DNA of 64,000 bases, taken from Sphyrna mokarran. Taxonomy: Eukaryota. Shown here piece after piece: positions 22,310-34,924 of the stretch. Position 1 is the first letter of the stretch, and each line of letters begins with the position of its first letter. The notes under the pieces were generated by a model, which did not search any database, was not told where the DNA came from, and saw nothing but the letters and a program-made list of their open reading frames with translations. Made by a program: the position numbers and the translations under genes. The stretch lies in contig JAGIQG010000025.1 of assembly GCA_024679065.1 (NCBI GenBank), forward strand, positions 10,292,001-10,356,000. The letters are read 5' to 3'.

Positions 22310-24520
22310 TTTTTGTGGGTGGTAGGATCAAACTCTGCTAGGATGTTTGACATGGTCAGCGTTCACTGTCTAGGCTTACAGGTGAAGAAATACCTATTAT
22401 GAGAATAGGACCCAAAGAAAACTAGCCCATCATTAATAACTGATTTTGAGAGGAAAGGAAGCATGTAGAAAAGTTATACAAATAAGCAGGAATTATTTAT
22501 TGTAAAGATTCAAATATCCATGAGCACAAGCTCCTCCTTGCTTTTTTGAGGTTTCTGGGTGTACTTGCTGGACTATTCCATGAATAGATTTTGTTGAACG
22601 TATTAACTTCTTGTTTCCTTCTTCTTTGTACCTTTTTTCTCAAACTTTTTTGCTTTCTTAGCATGGAAGTTATAGCATGGAAAAGACCATTTGACTCAAC
22701 AGATCTTTGATTTGGTTCACAAGAGTTGCCTTCATCACACCTGTCACAATATCCTTCTATTCTGCTTTTCTTTAACTAGCCTCATTTTCAATTTCTCTGT
22801 GCTATTCCCTTTGCCCACTGCCTATGGCAGCGAGTTCCACTTCCTGGGTGAAGTAACCTGAGGATTTGCTTGAAGACGAACTTAAATGGCTCTTAGCAGC
22901 TTTCTGCCACCTCACCCAAGTGACCATCCTGCAAGGATGGCTGTGGCTGCTGGGTACTAGTAGACAAATCTGATGTGGGATCGAATCAAACCCAACACAA
23001 ATTCAGATACAGCAGGGCAGACTAGGTAACAAACATGGGGATGAAGTAGTGCTGTACTGTACAATATTGACAAAACCTATATTTGTGTAAAATTCCTTTG
23101 TATTGTATAAAATTATTAGACCTTTTTGGGATTAAAATAAAAAAATGTCATCTAAGTGTGTTTAACAGAATCACTACTAACATCATGAAATAATATTAAT
23201 ATGGGAGGAAACTCCTGACCACTGATGTCACAAAACCAGTTCTGGATCATCTAAATGATAGTAAAACATCATAATTGTAGAGACTCAGAATAGGGTGAAT
23301 TTAAATAGCCCAATATTTATGAATTTGAAAAATTCACTAGTAGGTGATCTCTGTAGTCCTGGTACATTAAATTTTATTTTAAAGGTTGTCCACTTTTTAG
23401 CCCCAAATCATGAATGTAAAGGATTGATCTTTAATAAATATTTATTAATATATATATGGTAAAATAAAATTTGAAATTCAGACAGAGTCCATTTGAAACT
23501 GATGTAGTTTTAATGTAGTCTCAGCCTTTTGAAGGATGAAAGGCCTGGGAAAAGGTTTATGCAGTGTTAAATAAAACAAGCATCAACCGAGTTTTGTTTA
23601 GATATTAGTTTATTGTTTTGTTTTGTTCCTTAAAGAATGCGTGACACAGCAATTATGTGTTGTATTGGGACAAAATAGTACAATGATATAAAACTTTGCT
23701 TTATCCCCTTTTAAACTGGTATTTAAAAGATTGAGCGAAATGACTTCACACGCACAATGAGGCTTGTATGAATACAGCTGTGATGTTAAAAAGGTTTATT
23801 TTTTTTGAAAAATCTTGTCTCCTGGTTACTGTCACTTTTAATTGTCAACTTCCTCGGTCACTATTCTTCCTCAAAAGCCACTTTAAGTGCTGTGTGCTTG
23901 CAAGATGAAAGCAGGATTTGCATTGCAATGAGTTTTTATGTGATGCTGAATAGACATGTATAAATGAGATTGGATTTACTGTATTTTTTCCCCCGCGGGC
24001 CTACTGTGATGGTCCTGAGTGCCTGCCTATAGCAAACTGGACTGTGAGAATTTTGCATGGATTTTTGTCTGTGTACCCTGAATGTGGCAGCCTTGGAGGT
24101 CTTCTTCCGGATTTAATCAGCTGCTGCTCATACCGCACAGCTCCAACAGCATGCTGTCGACCTGGAGAATTGCCTCTTTGTGCACCGTTCGACGTCTCCC
24201 TTCAAAGTGTGTGAAAAGATCAGTCTCATTTTATTCTAATCTGACTTCACTCCCATTCAGCACCCGACAAAGTGCCAGGCTGTGTGCCTTGGAATTGTGC
24301 AGCCATCCTAAAAAATTTTGACATCCTTTAATGAGGCAGAATGTTCATTGTGTGAGTTTATCTCGCTGTCTCTCAGTTGACTGGCCCTTTTTAACCTCAA
24401 CCATATTAATGTCTACATCACTTGAGCCAATTACTTAATGCCCTGTTGTACCTTTATGGGGGTGATTCACCCGCCTGAAAAGGAAATTGAACTATACCAT
24501 TCGTCTTCTGCCTTTTTCAG

Positions 24521-24585
24521 GAGTAAGCATGGGGTTGGACGGATAGACATCGTGGAGAATCGCTTCATTGGCATGAAATCACGTG
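24521..24585 (+). CDS. ASS1: Argininosuccinate synthase coding exon (65 nt), (G)[21 protein letters not shown](G)
   Basis: cctttttcag|G acceptor and GTG|gtaagg donor. Contains the near-invariant ASS motif [20 protein letters not shown]. Confidence 0.98.
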
Positions 24586-25489
24586 GTAAGGGACTCCTGA
24601 AGTGTTTTATCTAATGTTTTTAAATCTATTCTGATACTGCATTATCCATAGTAGTCAAGTATCTGCACCAGTGTTGTCTGATATTGTGAATGGAAATTCC
24701 GCCTGCAACTTTTAGAGACCAGTTAATCAGTGTTCAAATGGTTCCATATCTATCTGCAGCCAACATTTACAGGAAAAATATGTCTGAATAATTCATAGAA
24801 AATTCCATGGAGTAAAGAAATTTGGTTTCCTATTTCTCAAAAATATTTCCAGCATTATTATTATTTTAATCCATCAAAACTTTATCATGTAGTTTTTGGT
24901 GATCAGATTGTATTCCTGCACTTTTACAATGATTGTCTAGAGGAAAATGATATTGATATTGAAGAAAATACTTTAGCAAAATATGCTATACAGGTAAAGA
25001 CTGATTTAACACCTGTTCTATGCCTTCGTTCCAATTGAATTTGATTTACCTCTGCATTGTTCCTATCAAACCCTGTTAAGATTTTGACTGACCTGTTGAG
25101 TTAATCTATGTGAACAATTTAAGTCTGGATTAAATCGCTTGCTTGCGTTAAACTGAGTTTCGATGAGGGTGGATTAAAGCACACTTAAAGAGCTTCACAA
25201 TGATGACAGCATATATATTTGGAGTGACAATGAAATAGAGGGTTACATTTGTGGTTCTCCCTATGGTGAATTGCTAATCTCACTCTTGCAATCTAAAATG
25301 ATGCCAACTGGTAGCCACCCAATTTCCAACTAGATAGGCAAACCAAGCTGTGTCACAATTTAATGCCTAAATTCAGAACAGCATTGATATAAGCAGGCAA
25401 ATTGCCCAAATAGCTAACCATAATGTTGCATGGCTTGAGGAAGCCAGAGAAATGGAAAATATATAATTTTTTTAAGTCCTGTAATTTTC

Positions 25490-25830
25490 ACCTTTCATCC
25501 TTTCCAATTCTGAAGGTTGACTTCTTCCTGGAGTACAGTGCAACAGAGGGTGATTAATCTTCAGCATTGCATCCATGTAGATATTCTTCAGTTATGACGC
25601 TTGACAATTGGAACCATCACATGCAAATGTGATCCTCCTTTGCTCAGTGCTCATATACATTCACTTCCAGCAGAGGTCACTGGTCTGCAATAAACAGCAA
25701 CCCAGTCTGATTGATTATTTTCTTCCTCCCCATCCTGCACCTCCAAAATGATATCATTTGTACCTATTGCAGGATATAATCTGGGCTTTCTGATCTATTC
25801 AGCTGAGTCACTCCATCAGATAAACCTGCA
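25490..25830 (-). mobile_element. Ancient tRNA-SINE (AmnSINE2-like), degraded
   Basis: Reverse complement resembles 39560-39890 and 55515-55695 (cagtgacctctgctggaagtg, ggaagaagtcaaccttcag). Family name from memory of the consensus. Confidence 0.45.
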
Positions 25831-25936
25831 GATTCAGATTGAAAGAAAAATAAGATCCAGTTTCAGACAGTAGATCAGGCTACACCCAAATAACAACTGC
25901 TTCTGACCAGAGATCAGATTCTCCGACCTCACATAC

Positions 25937-26047
25937 AGCTAGGATTCTCCAGTCCCACTACAGTGAACTCAGATCTAGCTGAGCGCCAAATTCTCCATTC
26001 TTACTGGCAGTGGCAGCAAATTGTGAACAGCCAAAAAAGTGCAGCCC
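25937..26047. mobile_element. ~110-bp MITE (second copy at 36330-36435)
   Basis: Both copies share [gc]agat[ct]t[ag]gctga..gccaaattctc...tgtgaacag and begin with gct(a)ggatt/gctgaatt. Confidence 0.55.
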
Positions 26048-26414
26048 AGATGTTTATTTAGTAGGAACTGTTATCAATTGGAAGTAAATTAAACTTTGGT
26101 AGAGAATCTGTCTTCAACAGAAATATTATTAATAATGTAATGGAACTCCTTCTCAGTCAAGGAATTCTCACCATCTCACCATGAGGAGAGTATCAGTACA
26201 TAGGAAGATGCACGAATACCCATCTAAGATTGAAGAGCCCACAATAAAAATTTAAAAGTGAACATTTTCCATCATTTGCAAAACCATCCATAGGGGTTTG
26301 AAAGAAATAATAATTTCTTAAGATTTTTCTGACCTGGGAGACTGGGAATTGATGATCCATCTGCCAAGGTATAAAAACTGTAGGCAATTATTGACTCCAG
26401 GGTCTATATGACTT

Positions 26415-26680
26415 GGCGTCAGGGTGGTACAGTGGTTAGCCTCTGGTTCGAATTTGGCTTAGGCTCACTGTTTGTATGGAGTTTGCACATTCTCCTTGTA
26501 TCTGTGTGGGTTTCCTTTGGTTTCATCCCACAGGCCAAAACTTGTGGGTTAGTTTGATTGGCTGTGTAAATTGTTCCTTAGTATCAGGATTAGAAAGGGA
26601 TTGTGGGGATAGGGCCTGGTCAGTGCGACTCGATTGTCCACATGACCGCCTCCTGCACTGTAGGGATTCCATATTTTCTA
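26415..26680 (+). mobile_element. HE1 V-SINE, type I (CR1/HER1) tail, internally deleted
   Basis: ggtggtacagtggttagc..ggttcgaat, V-domain, tail cctcctgcactgtagggattc. Confidence 0.85.
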
Positions 26681-27700
26681 GTTGTGTAACTCTTAAGAAC
26701 ACCGGTCCCAGAATAATCCCGATGGTACAAATCCCACTTTCCTAGTACTAGTGCAAGTTTCCCATGAACTGAAATCCCTGAGTCCCACATCAGATCTTGA
26801 TCTCTGATTTGTCTATTCCAGTTTGCACATGGCTCAGGTAATACTCCAGAGATTATGACCTTTTGAGGAACTGCTTCTTAATTTGGGCCTAGGTCCTCAC
26901 ACTGACTCTGTAAAACAGCCTTCTTTGCCTGGCCAGTCATGAACTGCAATGACTGAGTCTTCACCCTCCAACTACAAGTTCCTCACTAGCCCCGAGCAGA
27001 TGGCACTGGCGATACAGTTGTCTGGATTCACACTCTTGAATGGTGCCAATTCCTCTGACAACATTGTCTCCTACAACCATTCCTTTTCGTTTCACCCCCC
27101 CAGCCCCATCACACTTGATTGGCTTCCTGTACCACATCACTTAGCTCATCGACCCTGCAGCCCCCCACTCTTATTCAAACAAGCTGAACAAACCTCACAC
27201 CTTTTGGACAATTGTAAGGTTGAGGCTCCTATGTTCTTGCTCTTTTCCAGAGGGATTTTATGGTTTTGGGACAAGCGAGGCCATAAAATCCCAGTGATGA
27301 TCTCTGAGTTAAAGTAGCCTGAACCTCAGTTACTGCAGATGTGTTTGTCCTGGATCAAACTGGCATCCAGGAGCTTCCACATACTGCATTGTGGTACATT
27401 ACCTGTCTTGCCATCCTTAGCGTTTTGAGTTAATTATTTTGTTGATTTGCATATTTCACTTTTTTTTAACCCAACCACCCATCCTGTACTATTATGAACC
27501 TTAGGAATAAAGTATCACTTATTAAATACTCACCAAGTAACTAGCTTCTTCTTCTGTAGTAGAGTAAGACTGAGACTGAGAAAGTTGGAAAGCAAAAGAG
27601 TACCGCTTTCCCTTCCTTCCTGAACTCCCATACTTAGCCAACTCCAGCATTCTATTCTAACTCATAATCAAATGCTTAATTGGATTAAATTGGCTGGTTT
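26681..27700 (-). mobile_element. CR1 LINE 5' region (ORF1 SGNH-esterase remnant and 5' UTR)
   Basis: Minus strand reads GFQFMGNLH*Y*ESGICTI and KVIISGVLPEP, homologous to the ORF1 at 33830-34690. Confidence 0.65.
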
Positions 27701-27764
27701 TATATGCTGCTGAATACAAAGCTAGCTGAGTCAGCTACACAAGAACCCAATGAGAATAATGAGG

Positions 27765-29770
27765 GCATTGAAGGCGAGGATGCAAGTGACGAGGCCATTG
27801 CGCTGGATAGACAAAGGTAGATGTGCCTGTGAGACTGTCATTGCTGCAAGATTCCAGGAGAAGGAGGATAATGACTTCTGAGATCTTCACTCTGCAAGTA
27901 GGAACATTTGACACTTGCTGAAGGCAGTGCACATTTGCTTTGTGAAGAGGGTCATATCATGGATGCTGCGGAGATTCATATGGCATATGGACTGTAATAG
28001 CACTTAATCCTTTGGCAGGCTTCATCACTTCTTCCCTTCAGCACCACATCTTTTGAGATGAAGGGACAGCTCCACGTCTAATGTAGTGAGAACACACAGG
28101 ACAGCACAGAACCTGTGACGAATGAGATTCCTGCAATGAATACAAGCCACATCAAGATGCAGGTATCACTGATCTGGAGAGTGACTTTGAAGTTGGACAA
28201 TCATTATGTGCTTGGAAGGTTATACGTTGCACAGGGGAGAAGCCCTGGACTGCAACACTTGCCTTCCTTTTGTGTAGAAATCAGAAAGCATTCTTTCTGG
28301 TTGTATACAGCTTTGCGTGGCTCCTGCCCAAGACCGCAAGAAACTACAAAAGGTTGTGAATGTAACCCAATTCACGCAAACCAGCCTCCCATCTATTGAC
28401 TCTGTCTATGCTTCTTGCTGCCTCAGCAAAGCCACTAGCATAATTAAGAATCCTACACACCTTGAACATTCTTCCTTCCACCTTCGGCCATTGGGAAAAA
28501 GATGCAAAAGTCTGAGGACACATACAACCAACTCAAAAGCAGTTTCTTCCTACTGCCATTAGACTTTTGAACGACCTTGCATTAAGTTGTTCTGTCTCTA
28601 CACCCTAACAATGACTGTAACACTACATTCTGCACTCTCTCATTTCGTTTTCTATAAATGTATGCTCTGTCTATATAGTGTGCAAGAAATAATATATTTC
28701 ACTATTCCAGTACATGTGACAATAATAAATCAAATCAAATCTGATTGACACAGATGAATGGTCCCAAGATGTGTACCTGCTGATCCTCCACAAAACTGGT
28801 ACCCAAGAGCTCCTAGCTGAATGATTTAGGAGCTGGGGCAGCTGGTGTGAGCTCACAATGTCCTGCCTCCCAAATACATTGATACTGATGGATGCCAGCA
28901 AGTGCCTAAGCAATCGAGTGCAGATCCTGCAGCAGTGCAGAACCAATGTCCTAGACCAAAGTTTCCACAGTGACCTCCACCCTACTATGGTATAATTGGT
29001 ATGCCAGCACTATCACTTCAACATCAAGATGGATAGACTCCTCCAATCTGGGGAGTGTAGCAAACATCCCTTCCAGATGTTCCAGAAATTGTCTTTGCAG
29101 CTTTAGCAATTGAGGCATGACTAGGTCTTGATGTTCCTCATCTGACTTGGACCAAGCAAATTCCTGGCTTCTGCCAATCCTCCGAGTGCTGGCATCCTGG
29201 GATATCCCTGCTTCCACCTGCTGTTGATCAGTGCGATGTGCTCACTAGGTTGTGACTTCAAAACTACTTTAGCATTAGGTTTCACTGAGGTGTATGTCTC
29301 CGCATTAGTAGAGGATGTGATGAGTGCTGTGATGGGTCTTCAATGTTAGTGTATGTGGATTCATCTCCTATGATGTTCTCAGGATTAGAGTCAAGGATCT
29401 GACTTGTGGACCCCCTCAGCTGCTTCCCAGATGTGCCTGTGAAAGAAAGGAGAGATAATTAGTGCATGTCAAGGGCCTGTAAAATAGAAGACGTGACTCA
29501 CGGAATAGTTGTCTGATAGATGGTGCAGTGCTTGATCCTCACTTGGCTGAATGCTATCGACCTCACTATCAGAATATGAATAGTCCACATCCTGGCTGGC
29601 CAGCTGAATTCTCTATTTTCAAAGTCCTAACAGCTTCCTGTTCATTGGAGAGTGCTAGCTGTGGTGCTCATATTACTGGAACTCTGAGGTTACAGCAGGG
29701 TGGGTGAATCAGAGGTTGCCCTGTCAGCGATCCAATGTAAAACCTGTGTCTCTGATTCTTTTTAGTAATG
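27765..29770. mobile_element. Second decayed Harbinger element (transposase acidic C-terminus on +, second ORF remnant on -), interrupted by Rex1
   Basis: The + strand gives EGEDASDEAIALDR..IAARFQE. ORF 28951-29217 (-) SDEEHQDLVMPQLLKLQRQFLEHLEGM.. is coiled-coil-like, as expected for the convergent accessory ORF. Confidence 0.5.
28283..28741 (+). mobile_element. Rex1/Babar-type LINE 3' end
   Basis: ORF AQDRKKLQKVVN..LPSIDSVYASCCLSKATSIIKNPTH..LGKRCKSL matches the Rex1 C-terminus. Tail catgtgacaataataaatcaaatcaaatc. Confidence 0.85.
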
Positions 29771-29833
29771 TTGCATACAACGCCATTGCTGTCAGTGGGT
29801 GATCCACAGATTTCCTTGCCTGATATTTAGCTT

Positions 29834-30520
29834 TGATTTGATTTATTGTTGTTGCATGGATTAGTATAGTGAAAAGTATTGTTTCTTGCATGCTGTACAG
29901 ACAAAGTATACCATACATAGGGAAGAAAAGGAGAGAGTGCAGAATGTAATGTTGTACTCATAGCTAGGTGTAAAGAAAGATCAACTTAATGAGAAGCAAG
30001 TCCATTAAGAAGTCTGATGGCAGCAGGGAAGAATCTGTTCTTGAGTCAGTTAGTATGTGATCTCAGTCTTTTGTATCTTTTCCTGATGGAAGAAAGTGGA
30101 AGAGAGTATATTCGGGGTGTGTGGCATCTTTGATTATACTGGCTGCTTTTCCAAGGCAGCAGGGAGTGTAGACAAAGTCAGTGATTAGGAGGCTGGTTTG
30201 AATGACGGACTGGGCTTCATTCACAAGCCTTTGTAGCTTTTTGGGGTCTTGGATAGAGCATGAGCCATATCAATCTGTTATAGAGCCAGAAAGAATGCTT
30301 TCTATGTTACATCTATAAAAATTGGTGAGAATTGTAGTAGACGTGCCAAATTTTCTTAGCTCCTGAGAAAGTAGAGGTATGGGTGGGCCTTCTTAAATAT
30401 AGCATCGGCATGGAGGGGCCAGGACAGATTGTTGGTAATCTGGACACCTAAAAACATGAAGTTCTTGACCATTTCTACTTCATTCTCGTTGATGTAGACA
30501 AGGGAATGTTCTTCACTATG
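29834..30520 (-). mobile_element. Rex1/Babar-type LINE 3' end, inverted relative to the 28283 copy
   Basis: Begins tgatttgatttattgtt, the reverse of the (aaatc)n tail, and is the reverse complement of 28283-28741 over its whole length. Confidence 0.85.
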
Positions 30521-30599
30521 CTGATTTCAGCAAAAATTCCTGATTTCCACTAATGAGGTGGAAAGCTTGTGTCAGGAAATTTGCCAGCATGGTAAATAT

Positions 30600-31320
30600 C
30601 TCTCCATGTCATAGCACTGAGTTGGATTGGATGATCAAATCAGGCTGTTAACTCTGGAAGCATCCAGCCATGGAGGCAGGCTGGTATCGAAGTGGGCTGA
30701 TTGGAAGACCTGTCTTAGTTCTCTGGGGCTTCATCTTAGTTATATTAAAGACTGTTAGTTTCTTTAGCCCTTACTCCTCAAACTTCATGACCCAGTTAGG
30801 TTGTGCTTTCTTTGACTGGAAGTGTCCCTGTTTCTCTGCTGTTTCACGAGCTGTATGATGGAATTTACTTTATCCTTTTGTTTACATTCTCCCCTTAATA
30901 TATAGCTGTGCTGCAAATGGATTTCAGATTGTCTTACGAGGATTAGAGCTTCCTTTGCTTGAAGCATGTCTGACAGTACATTGCCTGTCATTCCTACAAC
31001 TGTTTTACCCCTGATTAGCTCAAATTCTGGGTCACTGTAATCAAGGTCTTCAGCCATTCAGTGTAGCTCATTAATGAAGGGGTTAACCAGTTCTCATGGC
31101 TGCTGGATACAATTAGTCCTTCCGAGGATTTTGTTATTTCTGAGATTAAGTTAAGCATTGAATGATTTTAAAATTTCATCGACGTTTGCTGATAATTTGT
31201 TGATTTCTATCATTGGCTATGGGGCCTACCAAATAAAATACTGTGGCAACTTGTGGTTTTGCGGTTTCAGGACAAGTGAGTCTGTAAAATCCACCTGTAG
31301 TATTTTTCCCCTTCTCTGCC
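30600..31320 (-). mobile_element. Ty3/Gypsy gag fragment
   Basis: FNLRNNKIL..Q QP*ELVNPFINELH*MAEDLDY..ELIRGKTVVG..LSDMLQAKE matches the Gypsy gag Q-x-x-x-E..F-I-x-x-L-x-x-L-A..I-R-D-x-x-V-x-G pattern. Confidence 0.7.
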
Positions 31321-31877
31321 TTGTGTGTGATGGGAGGGGAGCTAGTGATGTGAACAATTTGAACTGAAGATCTATCATACCAAATGTATTACAATAAATA
31401 AATCTTGCATTTTATATAGCGCCCTGTATCTTGAAACTCAGAATGAATTCCTTGCAATGCAGTGGCTTCTTAAGGTCAAACCAAATGAACAAATGCAAGC
31501 TAAATCAGACAAAGTGAAAGGGACAGCTCCCCAAAAAGGAAGGGGAACAGCCTGAACAAAATCAAAGTTCAAAGGAAACTTAAAACATCAAATTAAAATG
31601 TGGTTATTGGGGTCAGTAATGTATCCCAACCCCTGCGGTGCCCAACAGGTGCGGAAGGTGTCAATTGCACCTGTGGACACCGCATGCTCCCTCTCCAGGG
31701 ACACCTGGACAACTCAGGGCCACGTTTTGTAAACTTTATATCGCAGTTTAGCCATTCAGATCCATTTATACTGAAGCATTATTGGATGTGCTCCCTCTAC
31801 AAGTTACAGGAAATAACATTTTCTATGTAGTAAATACAATCAACCTATTTTAGCTTGAGAATTTTGGCAGGCATTTG

Positions 31878-32037
31878 GATCAGAATCCTACAACTTCCTC
31901 CCTAACCATACAGTGGATGTATCTATAGCAGTTCAAGAAGGTGGTCAACCACCACCATCTTGAGAGCAACAGGGGATGGGCAGTGAATACTGGCCTAACC
32001 AAGAGCACTCACGTTCTATGAAATAATAAAAAAAAAA
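31878..32037 (+). mobile_element. LINE 3' tail (partner-type tail of the 11268/59149 SINEs)
   Basis: gttcaagaaggtggtcaaccaccaccatc...ggggatgggcagtgaatactggcc followed by poly(A). Related fragments at 33310-33366 with 34925-35012 (-), 39190-39540 (-) and 50255-50345. Confidence 0.7.
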
Positions 32038-32336
32038 CCTAACATCACGGACCAGAAGGTGCTGATTATTTGTCAGTATTTGGTGCTGCTTTTAGGAAAA
32101 GTGGGTGAACAAGTGTTACTGAAAAGGGAAGAATTAATTAATATTAGTTAATAATTAATAAGAAATTACTTTGCATTCTGCAACTGCACAGTAAAGAATT
32201 AATATTCCAAGTCAGGTTTGCTTTAAGAAAGTTTAAAAAAAATGAAAACATTTCAAAGTGGCATCACTGTAGTCCATTGTCCATAATGAAAAATTGAGTT
32301 GATTTGACCAAGCTCTTTGAGTCAATTGAATCCCAT

Positions 32337-32694
32337 GACATGGTGGCACAGTGGTTAGCACTGCTACCTCACAGTTCCAGGCACCCGGTTTCAATTCTGG
32401 CTTTGGGTGGCTGTCTGTGTGGAGTTTGCACATTCTTCCCTTATCTGCACGTATTTCCTCTGGGTGCTCTGGTTCCCACCCACAAGTTCAAAGATGCATA
32501 GGTTGAGTGAATTGACCATGCTAAATAGTCCCTTAATGTTCCAAGGTGTGTATGTTAGATGGATTAGTTATAGAAAATGTATGGGGTTATGGAAATATAG
32601 TGTAGGGAAGAGGGCCTAGGTAAGTTACTCTGTCAGAGAGTCAGTGCAGACTTGATGGGTTGAATGGCCTCTGTTGCACTGTAGGCATTCTATG
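32337..32694 (+). mobile_element. HE1 V-SINE, type I tail, full length
   Basis: tggtggcacagtggttagcactgctacctcacag head, V-domain, tail gatgggttgaatggcctctgttgcactgtaggcattctatg. Confidence 0.92.
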
Positions 32695-33367
32695 AAAAAG
32701 CAGCAGGTTAAAGAAAAAATGTTCTCTTAATTTTAAAATTTCATGTATCTCATGCAGAGCAGCAGGTAGTGCAGTTGTGCAGAAAATAGTTTAGGAGGTG
32801 GAACTCTAGCATTCGGGCTTGGTAAATGTTTACAGTAGACATTTGAAAGAAAGCTATAATAATCATTTAATGTAAAGAGAAAAAGCACAATACAAGTCTG
32901 TGTCTGTTTTATAAAGGAGCAATAGTGAGGAAAATGGTATATGATTGAACAGAGATGTTACCAGTAAGTTCTGGTGTAGCTACTGAGCAACATGCTTTCT
33001 CCATATTTTTGTTGTTTATTGTATTTTTCACATTGTTGCCCTGAAGTGTTTTTACCTTGTACAAGATGCATGCTAGTCCAAGTATATGGATTTTGGTCAA
33101 CAGGATGCAAGTTGGGATTTTTTGTAACTGGAAGCTGGGATGCCCTGTGTTCTAGCAGATTTCTTTGGAACTTGGGCAATATAAGACTACCTTTTTTTTA
33201 TTTGAAGAATACCAATGACTGTGCACTTCTACCACCAACTATTTCACTTTCAAATAATAACCCTGCTCCAGTTAATCAAAGGGCAGAAAAGATTTTGTTT
33301 TATTTTTAACTCAATTTGTGGGACATGGGCATTGCTAGCTAGGGCAACATTTATTGCCCATATCTAA

Positions 33368-34924
33368 AAACGTAAGATCTAGGAGCAGGAGTAGACAATT
33401 CAGCCCCTTGAGCCTGTTCCACATTTAATACAATCATAGCTAATTGTATCTCAGCTTCATCGCCACTTTCCTGTCTGTTCTCCATAACTCTTCAATGTCC
33501 CAGCATCCACCACACACTAAGGTAGTGAATTTCATAGATTCACAATCTTTTGAGAGAAGTAATTTCTCCTCATCAGTTTTAAATCTGCTTCCCCTTACGC
33601 TAAACTTGGAGTGCCCACAAGAGGAAGCATCAACTCTATGCCTACTTTGTCATTACAGTTTATCATCTTATATACCTCAATTAGATCTCCCCTTGTTCTT
33701 CCAACGTCTACAGAGTATAGGGCTAAGCTGCTCAATCTTTCCTCATAACACACACCCTTCATCTCTGGAATCAGTCTGAGCCTCATCTGTACTGCTTATA
33801 ATGCCTCTACATCCTTCTTCAAATAAGAGATACTCCCCTGTTTAAAGCCTTATCAACAGCCCTAGTAATGCGATTCGCTCTGGTCTCAGTATGATTCAGG
33901 TGAAGATCATCCCATTTGAACAGCTCTCTCCTTTCCTAGAATAGGTGCCAATATCCATGAATTCACGCTCATTTCTTCCACACCAACTTTTGAGCCATGC
34001 ATTTATGTCTCTAACCTTATTAACCCGTAAATGCTCAATAATCTGAAAATTATTACCTTTTTGATTCTGCTTTTTAATTTAGCCCCCTAGTTATTCACAT
34101 TCCCTTAGCAGAACCTATATTCTTGTTCTACTTATATCATTGGTACGTATGTGGATCACGACAACTGGATCTTAACTTTCCACTTTCAAGTTCCTCTGCA
34201 GCCCAGATGAGAATCCTGGCATCAGGTAGGCAACACAATGTACAGTACTCTAGATCCTGGCCATAGAGAAGAATGTCTATGCCCTAACTATACAATCACC
34301 AATTAAGACTACATTTCTCTTCTCTCCCCTCACTTGAATGCCTCCCTATTACCACACTGCTGTGGTCAGTTTGCTCATCCTCCCTACAGTCCCCACTCTT
34401 ATCCAAATAGGGAAGCAAGAATCTTGAACCTGTTGGACAAGGACACCCTTCTGTCCTTGGCCACTGTCCGAATTCAAGGTAGTTAATAAACAGGTGCGAA
34501 AGCCTCCTGCAACACAGCCTTTCCTCCTCCCTGATGCTTTGCAGTATCTGGAACTCAGACTCTAGCTCATCATTTCTGAATTGGAATTCCTTGAGCAATT
34601 AAAATTTATTAGATTGTGTGCATTAGAAACCACAACAGGGTCCACCAGCTTCCCCATTCTGCAGGTACAGCGCATTATCTGGCCCTTCACTCCTATTTTA
34701 TGTAATTAGATTTTAATTTGGCTTTTCTAAATTTTCAACTTTTTTTAGCTTCTTGATCTGTAAAATGTTTCTCCTTATTACTTTTAATCTGAAAGCAATT
34801 TAGAATAGGTAATTCAAGTTAGCAATTACTGTTTTCCTGTAACGTCACTCTTGATTTGTTTTTCAAACTCAGTCAAGGTGTCCCTCGCAAATCCACTGTC
34901 TCTGCTCCCAGAAGGTGAGTCAGT
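33368..34924 (-). mobile_element. CR1 element with 5' UTR, ORF1 and 3' end but lacking most of ORF2
   Basis: ORF1 coiled-coil LKEFQFRNDELESEFQIL (34296-34598) and esterase region join at ~33830 directly to the ORF2 C-terminus RLIPEMKGVCYEERLSSL..RGDLIEVYKM and tail. Confidence 0.8.

Noticed and set aside
32337-32410. tRNA-like A/B boxes in SINE heads
   Set aside because: No complete cloverleaf, and each continues into V-domain and LINE tail. These are SINEs, not tRNA genes.
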